From contig JAFXSQ010000030.1 in assembly GCA_017525525.1 (NCBI GenBank), positions 63-64,062 on the forward strand: a stretch of DNA of 64,000 nucleotides. Direction: 5' to 3'. A program made the translations under genes and the position numbers. The stretch's first letter is position 1. Every line of letters starts with the position of its first letter. Under the pieces are notes generated by a model. It was not told the DNA's origin. It saw only the letters and a program-made list of their open reading frames with translations, and made no database searches. Below, in pieces: positions 42,077-51,718 of the stretch. The stretch comes from Lachnospiraceae bacterium. Its GTDB lineage: Bacteria > Bacillota > Clostridia > Lachnospirales > Lachnospiraceae.

Positions 42077-43441
42077 ATGTCAGAAGCAAATTCACAGGGT
42101 GGGTGGCGCTCGAATAAGTGGGTACGCGCCGCAATCCCCGCACTGCTGCTTCACTGCAGCATAGGTACTGTTTACTGTTGGTCGCTGTTCTCGGAGAGGA
42201 TCGCGGAGCACATAGGTCATACGAAGGGAGCCGTAGAGTGGGCGTTCTCATTCGCCATATTCTTCCTCGGCATGTCTGCCGCATTCCTCGGAAATGTAGT
42301 TGAGAAGGACATTCACAAGTCATCGCTTATAGCAACCATCTGCTTTGCGTCAGGTATGGCTTTGACCGGTTTCTTTATTTACTACGGTGGGGAGCATCAA
42401 AAGAGTACCTTGGCACTTGTCGGAATATATCTTTCTTACGGTTTTATCATGGGCGTAGGCCTCGGTACAGGTTATCTGTCACCGGTTAAGACACTTATGC
42501 TCTGGTTCCAGGACAGAAAGGGTCTTGCAACAGGTCTTGCCGTCGCAGGCTTTGGTGCAGCTAAGGCTATCGCAAGCCCGATCATGGAGTGGATGCAGGA
42601 TAATCTCGGAGACGGAGCTATCTACAAGATGTTCTGGATCCTTGCAGGCGTATACTTCGTGATGATGTTCGTAGGACATCTTCTTCTTGCCAAGCCGGCA
42701 GGCTGGGTTGAGCCTCAGGGCAAGGGAGAGAAGCCGAGCATTATCTCTGTATTAAAGACAAAGCCTATAACCAACTATATCGGTATCTGGGTTATGTTCT
42801 ACATCAACATCACCTGTGGTCTTGCACTTATCTCTCAGGAGAAGATGATCGTTAAGTGTATCGGTCTTGCAGCTTCGGCAGGTATAATCTCAACCGTATC
42901 TGCAGTATTCAATGCGGGCGGCCGTCTCGGCTTCTCGGCATGGGCTGATATGATGAAGGACAGAAATACCGTATATAAGCTTATCTTCATCCTTTCGATA
43001 GCATTTACCGGACTTGTAATACTTACACAGGGTATCAAGAACGGTGAGGGCAATACACTTCTCATAATACTTGTGCTTACGCTTATCTTCTTCGTAAATG
43101 CAGGTTACGGCGGCGGTTACTCCAATGTTCCTACGCTTCTGTCAGACCACTACGGCATGGGTTCGATAAGCGCCATCCACGGCATTACACTTTCTGCATG
43201 GGCATTTGCGGGACTTACCGGTAACCAGGTTGCAACACTTATTGTGAACAACTCAGGTGAGTGGATAGAGCACGGTACCGACGCGGCAGGCAATGTGATT
43301 AAGGTAAACCCAATCGGTTATCAGAATGTGCTTTTCTTCACTATAGCACTTTACGCAGTAGCCCTTGTCCTCTGCCTTGTACTTGTAAGACCTACAGATA
43401 AGGCTCTTGAAGCAAAGGCTGCAAAGAAGGCTGCTAAGTAA
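42077..43441 (+). CDS. MFS transporter (oxalate/formate antiporter-like family)
   Basis: 454 aa, about 12 TM segments with a central loop. It lies 28 nt downstream of the previous gene and has its own AAGGAG RBS. Confidence 0.8.
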   Translation: MSEANSQGGWRSNKWVRAAIPALLLHCSIGTVYCWSLFSERIAEHIGHTKGAVEWAFSFAIFFLGMSAAFLGNVVEKDIHKSSLIATICFASGMALTGFFIYYGGEHQKSTLALVGIYLSYGFIMGVGLGTGYLSPVKTLMLWFQDRKGLATGLAVAGFGAAKAIASPIMEWMQDNLGDGAIYKMFWILAGVYFVMMFVGHLLLAKPAGWVEPQGKGEKPSIISVLKTKPITNYIGIWVMFYINITCGLALISQEKMIVKCIGLAASAGIISTVSAVFNAGGRLGFSAWADMMKDRNTVYKLIFILSIAFTGLVILTQGIKNGEGNTLLIILVLTLIFFVNAGYGGGYSNVPTLLSDHYGMGSISAIHGITLSAWAFAGLTGNQVATLIVNNSGEWIEHGTDAAGNVIKVNPIGYQNVLFFTIALYAVALVLCLVLVRPTDKALEAKAAKKAAK

Positions 43442-43484
43442 ATTATTAGCAAAAAAGTTTTTTGAAAAAATATTAAAAAAGTGC

Positions 43485-43513
43485 TTGCATTTGTGACTTG
43501 CCTGTGTTATAGT
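43485..43513 (+). promoter_or_regulatory. candidate sigma-A promoter of tRNA-Glu
   Basis: A-rich UP-like tract + GTGC TTGCAT, 17 nt, TATAGT, about 30 nt upstream of the tRNA. Confidence 0.65.
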
Positions 43514-43542
43514 AGGCAAGTCGCAAACGCAATACTAAATAT

Positions 43543-43614
43543 GGTCGATTGGTCAAGCGGTTAAGACGTCGCCCTCTCACGGCGAAAACAGGGGTTCGAT
43601 TCCCCTATCGACTG
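43543..43614 (+). tRNA. tRNA-Glu (anticodon CTC)
   Basis: Cloverleaf folded by hand. Acceptor GGTCGAT/ATCGACT, anticodon stem TCGCC/GGCGA with loop CTCTCAC, T arm AGGGG-TTCGATT-CCCCT. No encoded CCA. Confidence 0.9.
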
Positions 43615-43617
43615 CTC

Positions 43618-43656
43618 AAAGCTCTTGAGAATTGTTCTTCAAGAGCTTTTCTTTTT
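43618..43656 (+). terminator. intrinsic terminator after tRNA-Glu
   Basis: AAAGCTCTTGA / TCAAGAGCTTT stem followed by TTTTCTTTTT. Confidence 0.8.
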
Positions 43657-43722
43657 GCCTTGACTGTGGTAAAATAATGAGAGTTTTTTTACAACGAAAT
43701 TCGCAGCAAACAGGGGGATATA

Positions 43723-45399
43723 ATGGATAGAAAAGAGAGATATCAAAAGCAGATAAAAAAGAGGGTTTTGATAGTCGAGGACGAGTACATTAACCGTGAG
43801 ATGCTGGGCTTTATGCTCAACCGTGAGTATGAGGTTCTGTATGCAGAGAACGGCAAGGAGGCCTTGGATACTTTAAGAAACACGGAGGATATCTCCGCAG
43901 TGCTGCTTGACCTTATGATGCCTGTTATGAACGGCTTTGAATTCCTTGACATAAGTCAGGGGGATTCAACCTTAAAGAGAATACCGGTTATCGTTATGAC
44001 TGCGGATGAGACCGCGGAGGTTAAGAGCCTGAACTTAGGCGCAGCGGACTTTATAAGCAAGCCGTATGACGCTCCCGAGGTTATACTTGCGAGGATAAAA
44101 AGGATAATAGAGCTTGCCGAGGATAAGCTCATAATCAATGCAACCGAGCGTGACGAGCTGACAGGTCTCTACACGAGAAAGTTCTTCCAGGAGTATGCGG
44201 CCCAGCTCGATCATTATTATCCGGACTGGAAGATGGATGCGGTATCGCTCGATATAGATAATTTCCACCTGATCAACGAGCTCTACGGCAAGAGCTTCGG
44301 TGATAAGGTTTTGGTGAGAATAGCGGATCTCTTAAGAGAGAGCCTGTCTACTATGGTAGACGGTTACGCCTGCAGATACGATAGAGATATGTTCTATATG
44401 TACTGCACGCACCTTGATGATTACGAGCCGTTAAGAAGGCATATTATAGACGGTCTTGCTGACCTGACCGATACGCATAAGATAAGAGTCCGCTTCGGTG
44501 TCTACCTGAATGTAGACAGGGATATGGAGTTCGAGCAGCGCTTCGTGCGTGCTAAGAGGGCAAGCGACAGCATAAAGGGCGACTATTCGAAGCGCATAGC
44601 TGTCTATGATACCGAGGCGCACAACGAGGCACTCTTATCGCAGAAGCTTATAAGCGATGTGCAGACGGCTATTAAGAATAATGAGCTTATAGTATATTAC
44701 CAGCCGAAGTATGCGATCGACGGCGAGACTCCGGTGCTTAAGAGCGCGGAGGCTCTGATAAGGTGGAACCACCCCGAGTTCGGTATGCTTCCGCCGTCAA
44801 GGTTCGTTCCGCTCTTTGAACAGAACGGGTTGATACAGCTTCTCGATCACTTCGTGTGGAAGGAGGCCGCAAGGCAGATAAAGGAGTGGAAGGGCAGGCT
44901 TGGAAAGACTGTTCCCGTATCCGTAAATGTATCGCGAATGGACATCTATGATGACAGGCTCGAGGAGAGACTCGTATCTCTTGTAGAGGACAACGGTTTG
45001 GAATCGGGAGAGCTTCTTCTTGAGATAACGGAGTCGGCTTACTCCGAGAATCCCGAGCAGCTCATAGAGGCTGTCGATAAGCTCAGAAAGAGGGCCTTCT
45101 TCGTGGAGATGGATGATTTCGGTTCGGGCTACTCATCGTTAAATATGCTTTCCGTTCTTCCTGTGGATGCATTAAAGCTTGATATGCAGTTTGTGAGAAA
45201 TATGCACAAGGATGAAAAGAGCTTAAGACTTATAGAGCTTATAATGGGGATAGCGGACTACCTTTCCGTTCCGGTTATTGCTGAGGGAGTAGAGGAGAAG
45301 GAGCAGCTTGACCTGTTGAAGAAGGTTGGCTGCAGTATAGTCCAGGGATATTACTTCTCAAAGCCTGTAGCACCGGATGAGTTTGAAAAGTTTCTGTAA
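43723..45399 (+). CDS. response regulator with REC, degenerate GGDEF and EAL domains
   Basis: 558 aa. The REC domain has the acceptor Asp in VLLDLMMPVMNG. The GGDEF position reads RYDRDMF. The EAL domain is intact (EALIRW, LEITES, DDFGSGYS, EGVEEKEQ, QGYYFSKP). No adjacent histidine kinase. Confidence 0.88.
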   Translation: MDRKERYQKQIKKRVLIVEDEYINREMLGFMLNREYEVLYAENGKEALDTLRNTEDISAVLLDLMMPVMNGFEFLDISQGDSTLKRIPVIVMTADETAEVKSLNLGAADFISKPYDAPEVILARIKRIIELAEDKLIINATERDELTGLYTRKFFQEYAAQLDHYYPDWKMDAVSLDIDNFHLINELYGKSFGDKVLVRIADLLRESLSTMVDGYACRYDRDMFYMYCTHLDDYEPLRRHIIDGLADLTDTHKIRVRFGVYLNVDRDMEFEQRFVRAKRASDSIKGDYSKRIAVYDTEAHNEALLSQKLISDVQTAIKNNELIVYYQPKYAIDGETPVLKSAEALIRWNHPEFGMLPPSRFVPLFEQNGLIQLLDHFVWKEAARQIKEWKGRLGKTVPVSVNVSRMDIYDDRLEERLVSLVEDNGLESGELLLEITESAYSENPEQLIEAVDKLRKRAFFVEMDDFGSGYSSLNMLSVLPVDALKLDMQFVRNMHKDEKSLRLIELIMGIADYLSVPVIAEGVEEKEQLDLLKKVGCSIVQGYYFSKPVAPDEFEKFL

Positions 45400-45429
45400 G
45401 AAATCATTTTGATCCGGAGGTAGACGAAA

Positions 45430-47166
45430 TTGATCAAGACACTTGCAAAAAGTATAAGGGAATACAAGAAGGATTCCATAATCACTCCGGTTTTAATAGC
45501 CGGAGAGGTAGTTATGGAATGCCTTCTTCCTTTTGTTATGGCGAAGCTGATAGACGGCATGGAGGAGGGCGGTATGCCATTTATCCTGAAATACGGCGCG
45601 CTTTTAATAGCGCTTGCCATGCTTTCACTGATGTTTGGAGCGCTGGCGGGTATTACCGCTGCGACTGCATCCTGTGGCTTTGCGAAGAACTTAAGGAAGG
45701 ACCTTTATTATAAGGTTCAGGACTATGCATTTGCGGACATAGACAAGTTCTCCACATCTTCGCTTGTCACAAGACTTACAACGGATGTGGCAAATGTTCA
45801 GAATGCGTATCAGATGATTATCAGAGGTGCCATAAGGACACCGTTGATGCTGATTTTTTCGATCACGATGAGTTTGATGATTAATGTTAAGATGTCACTC
45901 ATTTTCCTCGGAATTCTTCCTGTGCTCGCAGCAGCGCTGTTCGGAGTGTTCTTCGTGGTTCACCCCATATTCAAGAGGATATTTAAGAAGTATGATGCCC
46001 TGAACAATTCGGTTCAGGAGAATGTGGCGGGCATAAGAGTAGTGAAGTCCTTCGTAAGAGAGGACTATGAGAAGGAAAAGTTTGGCCATGCCTCAGAGGA
46101 GGTAAGGAAGGACTTTACCATGGCTGAGAAGATTATCGCTTTGAACAATCCGGCGATGATGATTTGCGTCTACGCGGCCATGTTCTTAGTCAACTTCCTC
46201 GGTGCCAGGATGATAGTAAATTCCGGCGCAACCGAGCTTACGACAGGTGAGCTTTCATCTCTGATGAACTACGGCGTGCAGATACTTACCGCCATGATGA
46301 TCTTCTCCATGATGTTCGTAATGTGCGCGCTCGCTTCTGAGTCCGCGTCGCGTATATGTGAGGTTATAGAGCATGATCCTTCACTGCCCTTAAAGGAGAA
46401 CGGACTCACAGAGGTTAAGGACGGAAGCATAGTATTTGAAAATGTGTCCTTTAAGTACAGCGAAAGAAGCAAGAGAGATGCATTAAGCAATATCAATCTT
46501 ACGATAAAGAGCGGCTCGACCGTTGGTATCATAGGTGGAACGGGTTCGTCGAAGAGCTCGCTTATCCAGCTTATCCCGAGGCTTTACGATGCGACTGCCG
46601 GCAAGGTTTTGGTAGGCGGCGTGGATGTGAGGGACTACGATGTGCATGCGCTTCGTGACGCGGTTTCTGTAGTGCTTCAGAAGAATGTGCTCTTCGCAGG
46701 TACTGTAAGCGAGAACCTAAGATGGGGCAACAAGGAGGCAAGTGACGAAGAACTTGTGAGGGTGTCAAAGCTTGCACAGGCGGACGAGTTCGTCTCGACT
46801 TTTGCCGATGGCTACGAGTACAGGATAGAGCAGGGCGGAACCAATGTATCCGGCGGACAGAAGCAGAGACTCTGTATAGCAAGAGCACTTCTTAAGAAAC
46901 CGAGGATAATCATACTGGATGATTCCACTTCTGCGGTTGATACGAAGACGGATGCGCTAATTAGAAAGGCGCTCAAGACCGAGATACCGGATACCACAAA
47001 GATAATCATAGCGCAGAGACTTGCCTCCGTGGAGGACGCCGATGTGATCCTTGTTATGGATAAGGGAACCATAGTCGAGCAGGGCACACATGACGAGCTT
47101 ATGAGCTTAGGTGGCATCTACAGGGAGATATACGACTCTCAGACCAAAGCAAAGGAGGCGAGCTGA
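45430..47166 (+). CDS. ABC exporter, fused permease/ATPase (heterodimer partner 1)
   Basis: 578 aa, TTG start, six TM segments, Walker A GGTGSSKSS, signature VSGGQKQR, Walker B IILDDSTS. Confidence 0.9.
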   Translation: MIKTLAKSIREYKKDSIITPVLIAGEVVMECLLPFVMAKLIDGMEEGGMPFILKYGALLIALAMLSLMFGALAGITAATASCGFAKNLRKDLYYKVQDYAFADIDKFSTSSLVTRLTTDVANVQNAYQMIIRGAIRTPLMLIFSITMSLMINVKMSLIFLGILPVLAAALFGVFFVVHPIFKRIFKKYDALNNSVQENVAGIRVVKSFVREDYEKEKFGHASEEVRKDFTMAEKIIALNNPAMMICVYAAMFLVNFLGARMIVNSGATELTTGELSSLMNYGVQILTAMMIFSMMFVMCALASESASRICEVIEHDPSLPLKENGLTEVKDGSIVFENVSFKYSERSKRDALSNINLTIKSGSTVGIIGGTGSSKSSLIQLIPRLYDATAGKVLVGGVDVRDYDVHALRDAVSVVLQKNVLFAGTVSENLRWGNKEASDEELVRVSKLAQADEFVSTFADGYEYRIEQGGTNVSGGQKQRLCIARALLKKPRIIILDDSTSAVDTKTDALIRKALKTEIPDTTKIIIAQRLASVEDADVILVMDKGTIVEQGTHDELMSLGGIYREIYDSQTKAKEAS

Positions 47167-47167
47167 T

Positions 47168-49105
47168 ATGGCACCAGGACCAAAGGGCAGAATGCGCGGT
47201 AAGGTACCTATGCCCGGAGCTATAAAGAAGGGTACCATGGGCCGCTTCATGAAATACCTCTTCTCAAAATACGGCAAGAGCATTGTGGTCGTCATAGTGG
47301 GGATTGTGATGAGTGCCCTGGCTTCGATGGCAGCGCAGATGTTCACCCAGAAGCTTATCGACGAGTGTATCATCCCGGGCATAGATAACGGCTTTGACAG
47401 TATTAAGAGCAAGCTTTTCTCGCTGCTTCTTGCTATGGGAATAATCTATATACTCGGCGTTATCGCTTCGTTTACTTATACCAGGATTATGGCGACGGTA
47501 ACCCAGGGAACATTGAAGCACCTTCGTGACGACATGTTCAACAAGATGGAGACGCTTCCCATCAAGTACTTTGACACACATGCTCACGGCGATATAATGA
47601 GTACCTATACGAATGATGTTGATGCGGTAAGACAGCTGATAGGACAGAGCCTGCCTACGGTTTTCCAGTCGGTTCTGACAGTTATCACCATGACATTTAT
47701 GATGATTTTTTATAGTATATGGCTTTCGCTGGTTGTCTTTGCATTTATCATCATTATGTCAAAGTCCATCAAGAAGTTCGGAGCGGCTTCGGCAAAGTAT
47801 ATGATGGGGCAGCAGAGGGCTCTTGCGGTTGAAGAGGGCTACATAGAGGAGATGCTCAAGGGCCAGAAGGTAGTCAAGGTCTTCAACCATGAGGAGGAGA
47901 GCAAAAAGCGCTTTGAGGAGCTTAACGACGAGCTTTTCAATCACAGTGTAAAGGCTAACAAATACGGCAACATCCTCATGCCAATACTCCATAACATAGG
48001 CAATATAATGTATGTCGTTCTTGCTATAGCAGGCGGCATGCTTATCGCGTTTGACGCAACCAACATTTCACTGAGAGGAACCGAGCCGATCACGGCAGGT
48101 ATCATAATCACCTTCCTCGGCATGTCGCGTATGCTCTCACAGACTGTCGGTCAGGCCTCGATGCAGGTGAACATGATCGCCATGGGACTTGCGGGCGTAT
48201 CGAGAGTGTTTGAGCTCACAGATCAGGAGCCGGAGAAGGACGAGGGCTATGTAACCCTTGTGAATGCGGTTAAGGACGATAAGGGTGAGATCAAAGAGGC
48301 CGATCATATCACCGGACTTTGGGCATGGAAGCACCCGCACTCCGCGGACGGTACCGTGACCTACACTGAGCTTAAGGGCGATGTGGTTATGGAAAACGTA
48401 GACTTTGGTTACACGGATGAGAAGCTTGTCTTGAAGAACATTTCTCTTTACGCAAAGCCGGGTGAGAAGATTGCCTTCGTCGGCGCGACCGGAGCGGGCA
48501 AGACGACCATAACCAATCTTATCAACAGATTCTACGACATACCCGATGGCAAGATACGGTACGACGGTATAAACATCAACAAGATCAAGAAAAATGAGCT
48601 TAGAAAGTCACTGGGCGTTGTGCTTCAGGATGTAAACCTCTTTACCGGAACCGTTATGGATAACATACGCTACGGCAGGCTTGATGCAACGGATGAGGAG
48701 TGCATAGAGGCTGCAAAGCTTGCGAACGCAGACGACTTTATAACCAGACTTCCTGACGGCTATGACACCATGCTCACGGGCAACGGCGCAAGTCTTTCAC
48801 AGGGACAGAGACAGCTCATCTCGATTGCGAGGGCTGCGGTTGCGAACCCGCCTGTTATGATCCTTGATGAGGCTACATCTTCAATAGATACAAGAACCGA
48901 GGCGATAGTAGCCGCAGGCATGGATAACCTTATGGATGGAAGAACGGTCTTCGTTATAGCCCATAGGCTTTCCACTGTAAGAAACAGCAAGGCGATTATG
49001 GTGCTTGACCACGGCGAGATTATAGAGCGCGGCTCGCATGATGAGCTTATAGAAAAGAAAGGAACATATTACCAGCTTTACACCGGAGCGTTCGAGCTGG
49101 AGTAA
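47168..49105 (+). CDS. ABC exporter, fused permease/ATPase (heterodimer partner 2)
   Basis: The ATG at 47168 lies 1 nt after the upstream stop. Walker A GATGAGKTT, signature LSQGQRQL, Walker B MILDEATS. Confidence 0.9.
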   Translation: MAPGPKGRMRGKVPMPGAIKKGTMGRFMKYLFSKYGKSIVVVIVGIVMSALASMAAQMFTQKLIDECIIPGIDNGFDSIKSKLFSLLLAMGIIYILGVIASFTYTRIMATVTQGTLKHLRDDMFNKMETLPIKYFDTHAHGDIMSTYTNDVDAVRQLIGQSLPTVFQSVLTVITMTFMMIFYSIWLSLVVFAFIIIMSKSIKKFGAASAKYMMGQQRALAVEEGYIEEMLKGQKVVKVFNHEEESKKRFEELNDELFNHSVKANKYGNILMPILHNIGNIMYVVLAIAGGMLIAFDATNISLRGTEPITAGIIITFLGMSRMLSQTVGQASMQVNMIAMGLAGVSRVFELTDQEPEKDEGYVTLVNAVKDDKGEIKEADHITGLWAWKHPHSADGTVTYTELKGDVVMENVDFGYTDEKLVLKNISLYAKPGEKIAFVGATGAGKTTITNLINRFYDIPDGKIRYDGININKIKKNELRKSLGVVLQDVNLFTGTVMDNIRYGRLDATDEECIEAAKLANADDFITRLPDGYDTMLTGNGASLSQGQRQLISIARAAVANPPVMILDEATSSIDTRTEAIVAAGMDNLMDGRTVFVIAHRLSTVRNSKAIMVLDHGEIIERGSHDELIEKKGTYYQLYTGAFELE

Positions 49106-49113
49106 AGAATTTG

Positions 49114-49141
49114 AAGAGGCGGTGTTGTATCCGCCTCTTTG
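49114..49141 (+). terminator. terminator-like hairpin after the ABC exporter pair
   Basis: AAGAGGCGG ... CCGCCTCTTT, with a short T-run. Confidence 0.55.
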
Positions 49142-49165
49142 AGGGTATTGTAAAGTTATTATGAA

Positions 49166-49217
49166 AAAGACTCTTCGGGATAAAGAGGTGTCACTCTGAG
49201 CGTAGCGAAGAGTCTTT
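49166..49217 (+). repeat. family-1 unit with an upstream complementary arm
   Basis: AAAGACTCTTCG ... GTCACTCTGAGCGTAGCGAAGAGTCTTT, ending 16 nt before the hflX ATG. Confidence 0.85.
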
Positions 49218-49232
49218 AATATAGGTTATTAT

Positions 49233-50492
49233 ATGATAGAGATAGAAGAGAAAAAAGAAACAGTGATACTTGTAGCGGTTGATTCCGGGACGCCGGAGTC
49301 GGATGTGGAAAGCTCCTTGGATGAGCTTGCCGAGCTGGTCAAGACTGCGGGAGCTTCGGTTTCCGGAAGGCTGGTGCAGAAGCTTGACGGTTTTAACCCG
49401 GGAACCTACATAGGCAAGGGCAAGATAGAGGAGCTTCGAGCTATGGTCTTTGCAACCGGAGCCACCGGAATAGTAACGGATGATGAGCTCACTCCTGTAC
49501 AGATGCACAATCTGTCTACCGAATTAGACATTAAGGTTATGGACAGGACTATGGTGATACTCGATATATTTGCCCTTCATGCGAGCACTGCAGAGGGTAA
49601 GCTTCAGGTAGAGCTTGCCCAGCTTAATTACAGGCTTTCAAGGCTTACGGGCAAGGGCGCCTCCATGTCGAGGCTCGGAGGCGGTATAGGTACCAGAGGA
49701 CCCGGTGAGAAGAAGCTGGAGGTGGACAGACGAGCTATAAGGAGCAGGGTGGCGCAGCTTAGAAGTGAAATCAGGGAGATGACCGAGCACAGGAAGCTTA
49801 CCCGTGCGGGCAGAGAGGGAAGCATGCTGCCGGTATTTGCGATAGTGGGTTACACGAACGCCGGGAAGTCTACTCTGTTAAATACTCTGACCGGTGCGGA
49901 GATACTTGCGGAGGATATGCTCTTTGCCACGCTTGACACCACGACAAGGGTATATGAGTACGCAAGGGCAACGGGAAAGCAGAGAGTACTGCTCACAGAT
50001 ACGGTAGGCTTTATAAGAAAGCTTCCGCATAACTTGATTGATGCCTTCCGAAGCACGCTTGAGGAGGCAGGGTATGCCGATTACATAATCCATGTGGTGG
50101 ATGCCTCAAGCGCGGATATGAAGGTCAATATGAAGACGGTTTATGCCACTCTCGATAAGCTTGGGATAACCGAGAGAAAGATCATCACGGTGTTTAACAA
50201 GATAGACAAGCTATCAGGGGATGATCTCTCGGGCCTCTTCGACAACAGGGCGACCAAGAGTGTGAGGCTTTCGGCAAGGGAGGCTATCGGGATAGACGAA
50301 CTGTCTAATGCGATAGACGAACTGCTGCGTGAGGACAGGTGTTATGTAGATACGGTTCTTTCCTATTCGGATATGAACCTTCTGGCGAAGATCAAGAAGA
50401 CCGGAGAGATAGAGTATGAGGAGTATGTGCCTGAGGGAGTGCATATCAAGGCGTTCGTTCCGGGGGAGTTGTACGGAGTTATAGAACAGTAA
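49233..50492 (+). CDS. hflX: GTPase HflX
   Basis: 419 aa with an HflX N-domain (LDIFALHASTAEGKLQVELAQL) and G-domain motifs GYTNAGKST, DTVGF and NKID. Confidence 0.92.
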   Translation: MIEIEEKKETVILVAVDSGTPESDVESSLDELAELVKTAGASVSGRLVQKLDGFNPGTYIGKGKIEELRAMVFATGATGIVTDDELTPVQMHNLSTELDIKVMDRTMVILDIFALHASTAEGKLQVELAQLNYRLSRLTGKGASMSRLGGGIGTRGPGEKKLEVDRRAIRSRVAQLRSEIREMTEHRKLTRAGREGSMLPVFAIVGYTNAGKSTLLNTLTGAEILAEDMLFATLDTTTRVYEYARATGKQRVLLTDTVGFIRKLPHNLIDAFRSTLEEAGYADYIIHVVDASSADMKVNMKTVYATLDKLGITERKIITVFNKIDKLSGDDLSGLFDNRATKSVRLSAREAIGIDELSNAIDELLREDRCYVDTVLSYSDMNLLAKIKKTGEIEYEEYVPEGVHIKAFVPGELYGVIEQ

Positions 50493-50495
50493 TTG

Positions 50496-50646
50496 AAAGG
50501 ATCCTTCGCGTTGCGCAGGATGACAAGTCGTAAAACGGTTCCGTACAAGACAACGGTGTCATTCTGAGCGATGCTGACCGCAATGCGAAGCGTTGCGGTG
50601 CCGGCCCGGCGAGGGCTTGCGAAGCAACAGGAAGCGAAGAATCTTA
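50496..50646. repeat. family-1 reverse copy plus forward family-1 unit with a 61-bp apex insertion
   Basis: AAAGGATCCTTCGCGTTGCGCAGGATGAC ... GTCATTCTGAGCGA[TGCTGACCGCAATGCGAAGCGTTGCGGTGCCGGCCCGGCGAGGGCTTGCGAAGCAACAGGA]AGCGAAGAATCTTA. Confidence 0.85.
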
Positions 50647-50662
50647 TTTGGAGGAGAACAAG

Positions 50663-51643
50663 ATGACTATCAACGAACTTATCGACTACTGCCGTGGAAG
50701 GCAGCTTTACATACAGACACACAACTTCCCGGATCCGGATGCCATAGCTTCGGCATTTGGGCTGCAAAAACTGTTTGAACACTTCGGAGTTGAGAGCAGA
50801 CTTTGCTATGTGGGTCGCATAGACCGTGTCAACACAAGGAAGATGACGGAGCTTCTCGGGATAAAGATATCCTCCTATGATGAGCTTGATGAGGAGATGA
50901 GCGAGGACGATTACATAATCTGCGTCGACTCCCAGAAAGGCTCGGGGAATATAAAGGACTTAAAGGGTAACGAGATTGCATGCATAGATCACCATCCGTT
51001 CATAGAAGTGGAGGGGCTGGTTTTTCATGAGGTTCGTTATGTGGGAAGCTGCGCGACTATAATTGCTTCGTATTTTGAGAAGCTTGAGGTGGAGCCTGAC
51101 AAGGCGACTGCAACAGCGCTTTTGTACGGGCTCAAGAATGACACCCTTAATTTCACAAGGGGAGTTCAGGATGAAGATATAGCCATGTTCTCGTGGCTGC
51201 TTAAGAGATGCGATAAGGAGATGCTTTCCAGGCTTGAGCATGACTCCATGGAATACACTGACTTAAGGGCTTACGGAACCGCCATACAAAACATTGAGGT
51301 CTACGGCAGACTCGGTATAGCCATGATTCCTTTTTCCTGCCCGGACGCATTGGTGGCGACGATTTCGGACTTTATACTTGCGCTTGATGCCGTGGAGGTT
51401 GCGGTTGTATATGCTAAGCGAATAGACGGTTACAAATTCTCGGCCAGATCCGAGGTTCCGGGTACCATCAACGCCGGCGAGCTTCTTGCAAATGTTCTCG
51501 CGGGCTACGGTGATGGCGGTGGCCACGCATTTATGGCAGGCGGTCTTATCCCTGCTGCAAATGTATTAAAGCTGGGCGCCGACCCCGATGCGGTTTTAAG
51601 AGAAAAGATACTTGAGTATGTGACGGAGAATACGAAACAGTGA
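50663..51643 (+). CDS. DHH/DHHA1 phosphoesterase (NrnA-like)
   Basis: HNFPDPDAIASA, the DHH motif (CIDHHP) and DHHA1 GGGH (GDGGGHAFMAGG). ATG 50663 follows GGAGGA; the ORF-track start at 50648 is a TTG inside the repeat/RBS region. Confidence 0.8.
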   Translation: MTINELIDYCRGRQLYIQTHNFPDPDAIASAFGLQKLFEHFGVESRLCYVGRIDRVNTRKMTELLGIKISSYDELDEEMSEDDYIICVDSQKGSGNIKDLKGNEIACIDHHPFIEVEGLVFHEVRYVGSCATIIASYFEKLEVEPDKATATALLYGLKNDTLNFTRGVQDEDIAMFSWLLKRCDKEMLSRLEHDSMEYTDLRAYGTAIQNIEVYGRLGIAMIPFSCPDALVATISDFILALDAVEVAVVYAKRIDGYKFSARSEVPGTINAGELLANVLAGYGDGGGHAFMAGGLIPAANVLKLGADPDAVLREKILEYVTENTKQ

Positions 51644-51676
51644 TTGGTATTTTAAGAGAATTGGTGAGGACATAAG

Positions 51677-51718
51677 CATGCTCGTCAACGGAGCTGTTAA
51701 ACTCCGTTGACGAGCATG
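51677..51718. terminator. perfect 17-bp inverted repeat between convergent DHH and MutS-like genes
   Basis: CATGCTCGTCAACGGAG (51677-51693) pairs with CTCCGTTGACGAGCATG (51702-51718). The right arm encodes the last codons of the MutS-like gene. Confidence 0.6.

Noticed and set aside
47111-47167. Upstream extension of the second ABC exporter ORF, overlapping the first by 56 nt.
   Set aside because: The ATG at 47168, 1 nt after the upstream stop, gives the normal N-terminus. The extension is Arg-rich read-through of the overlapping frame.
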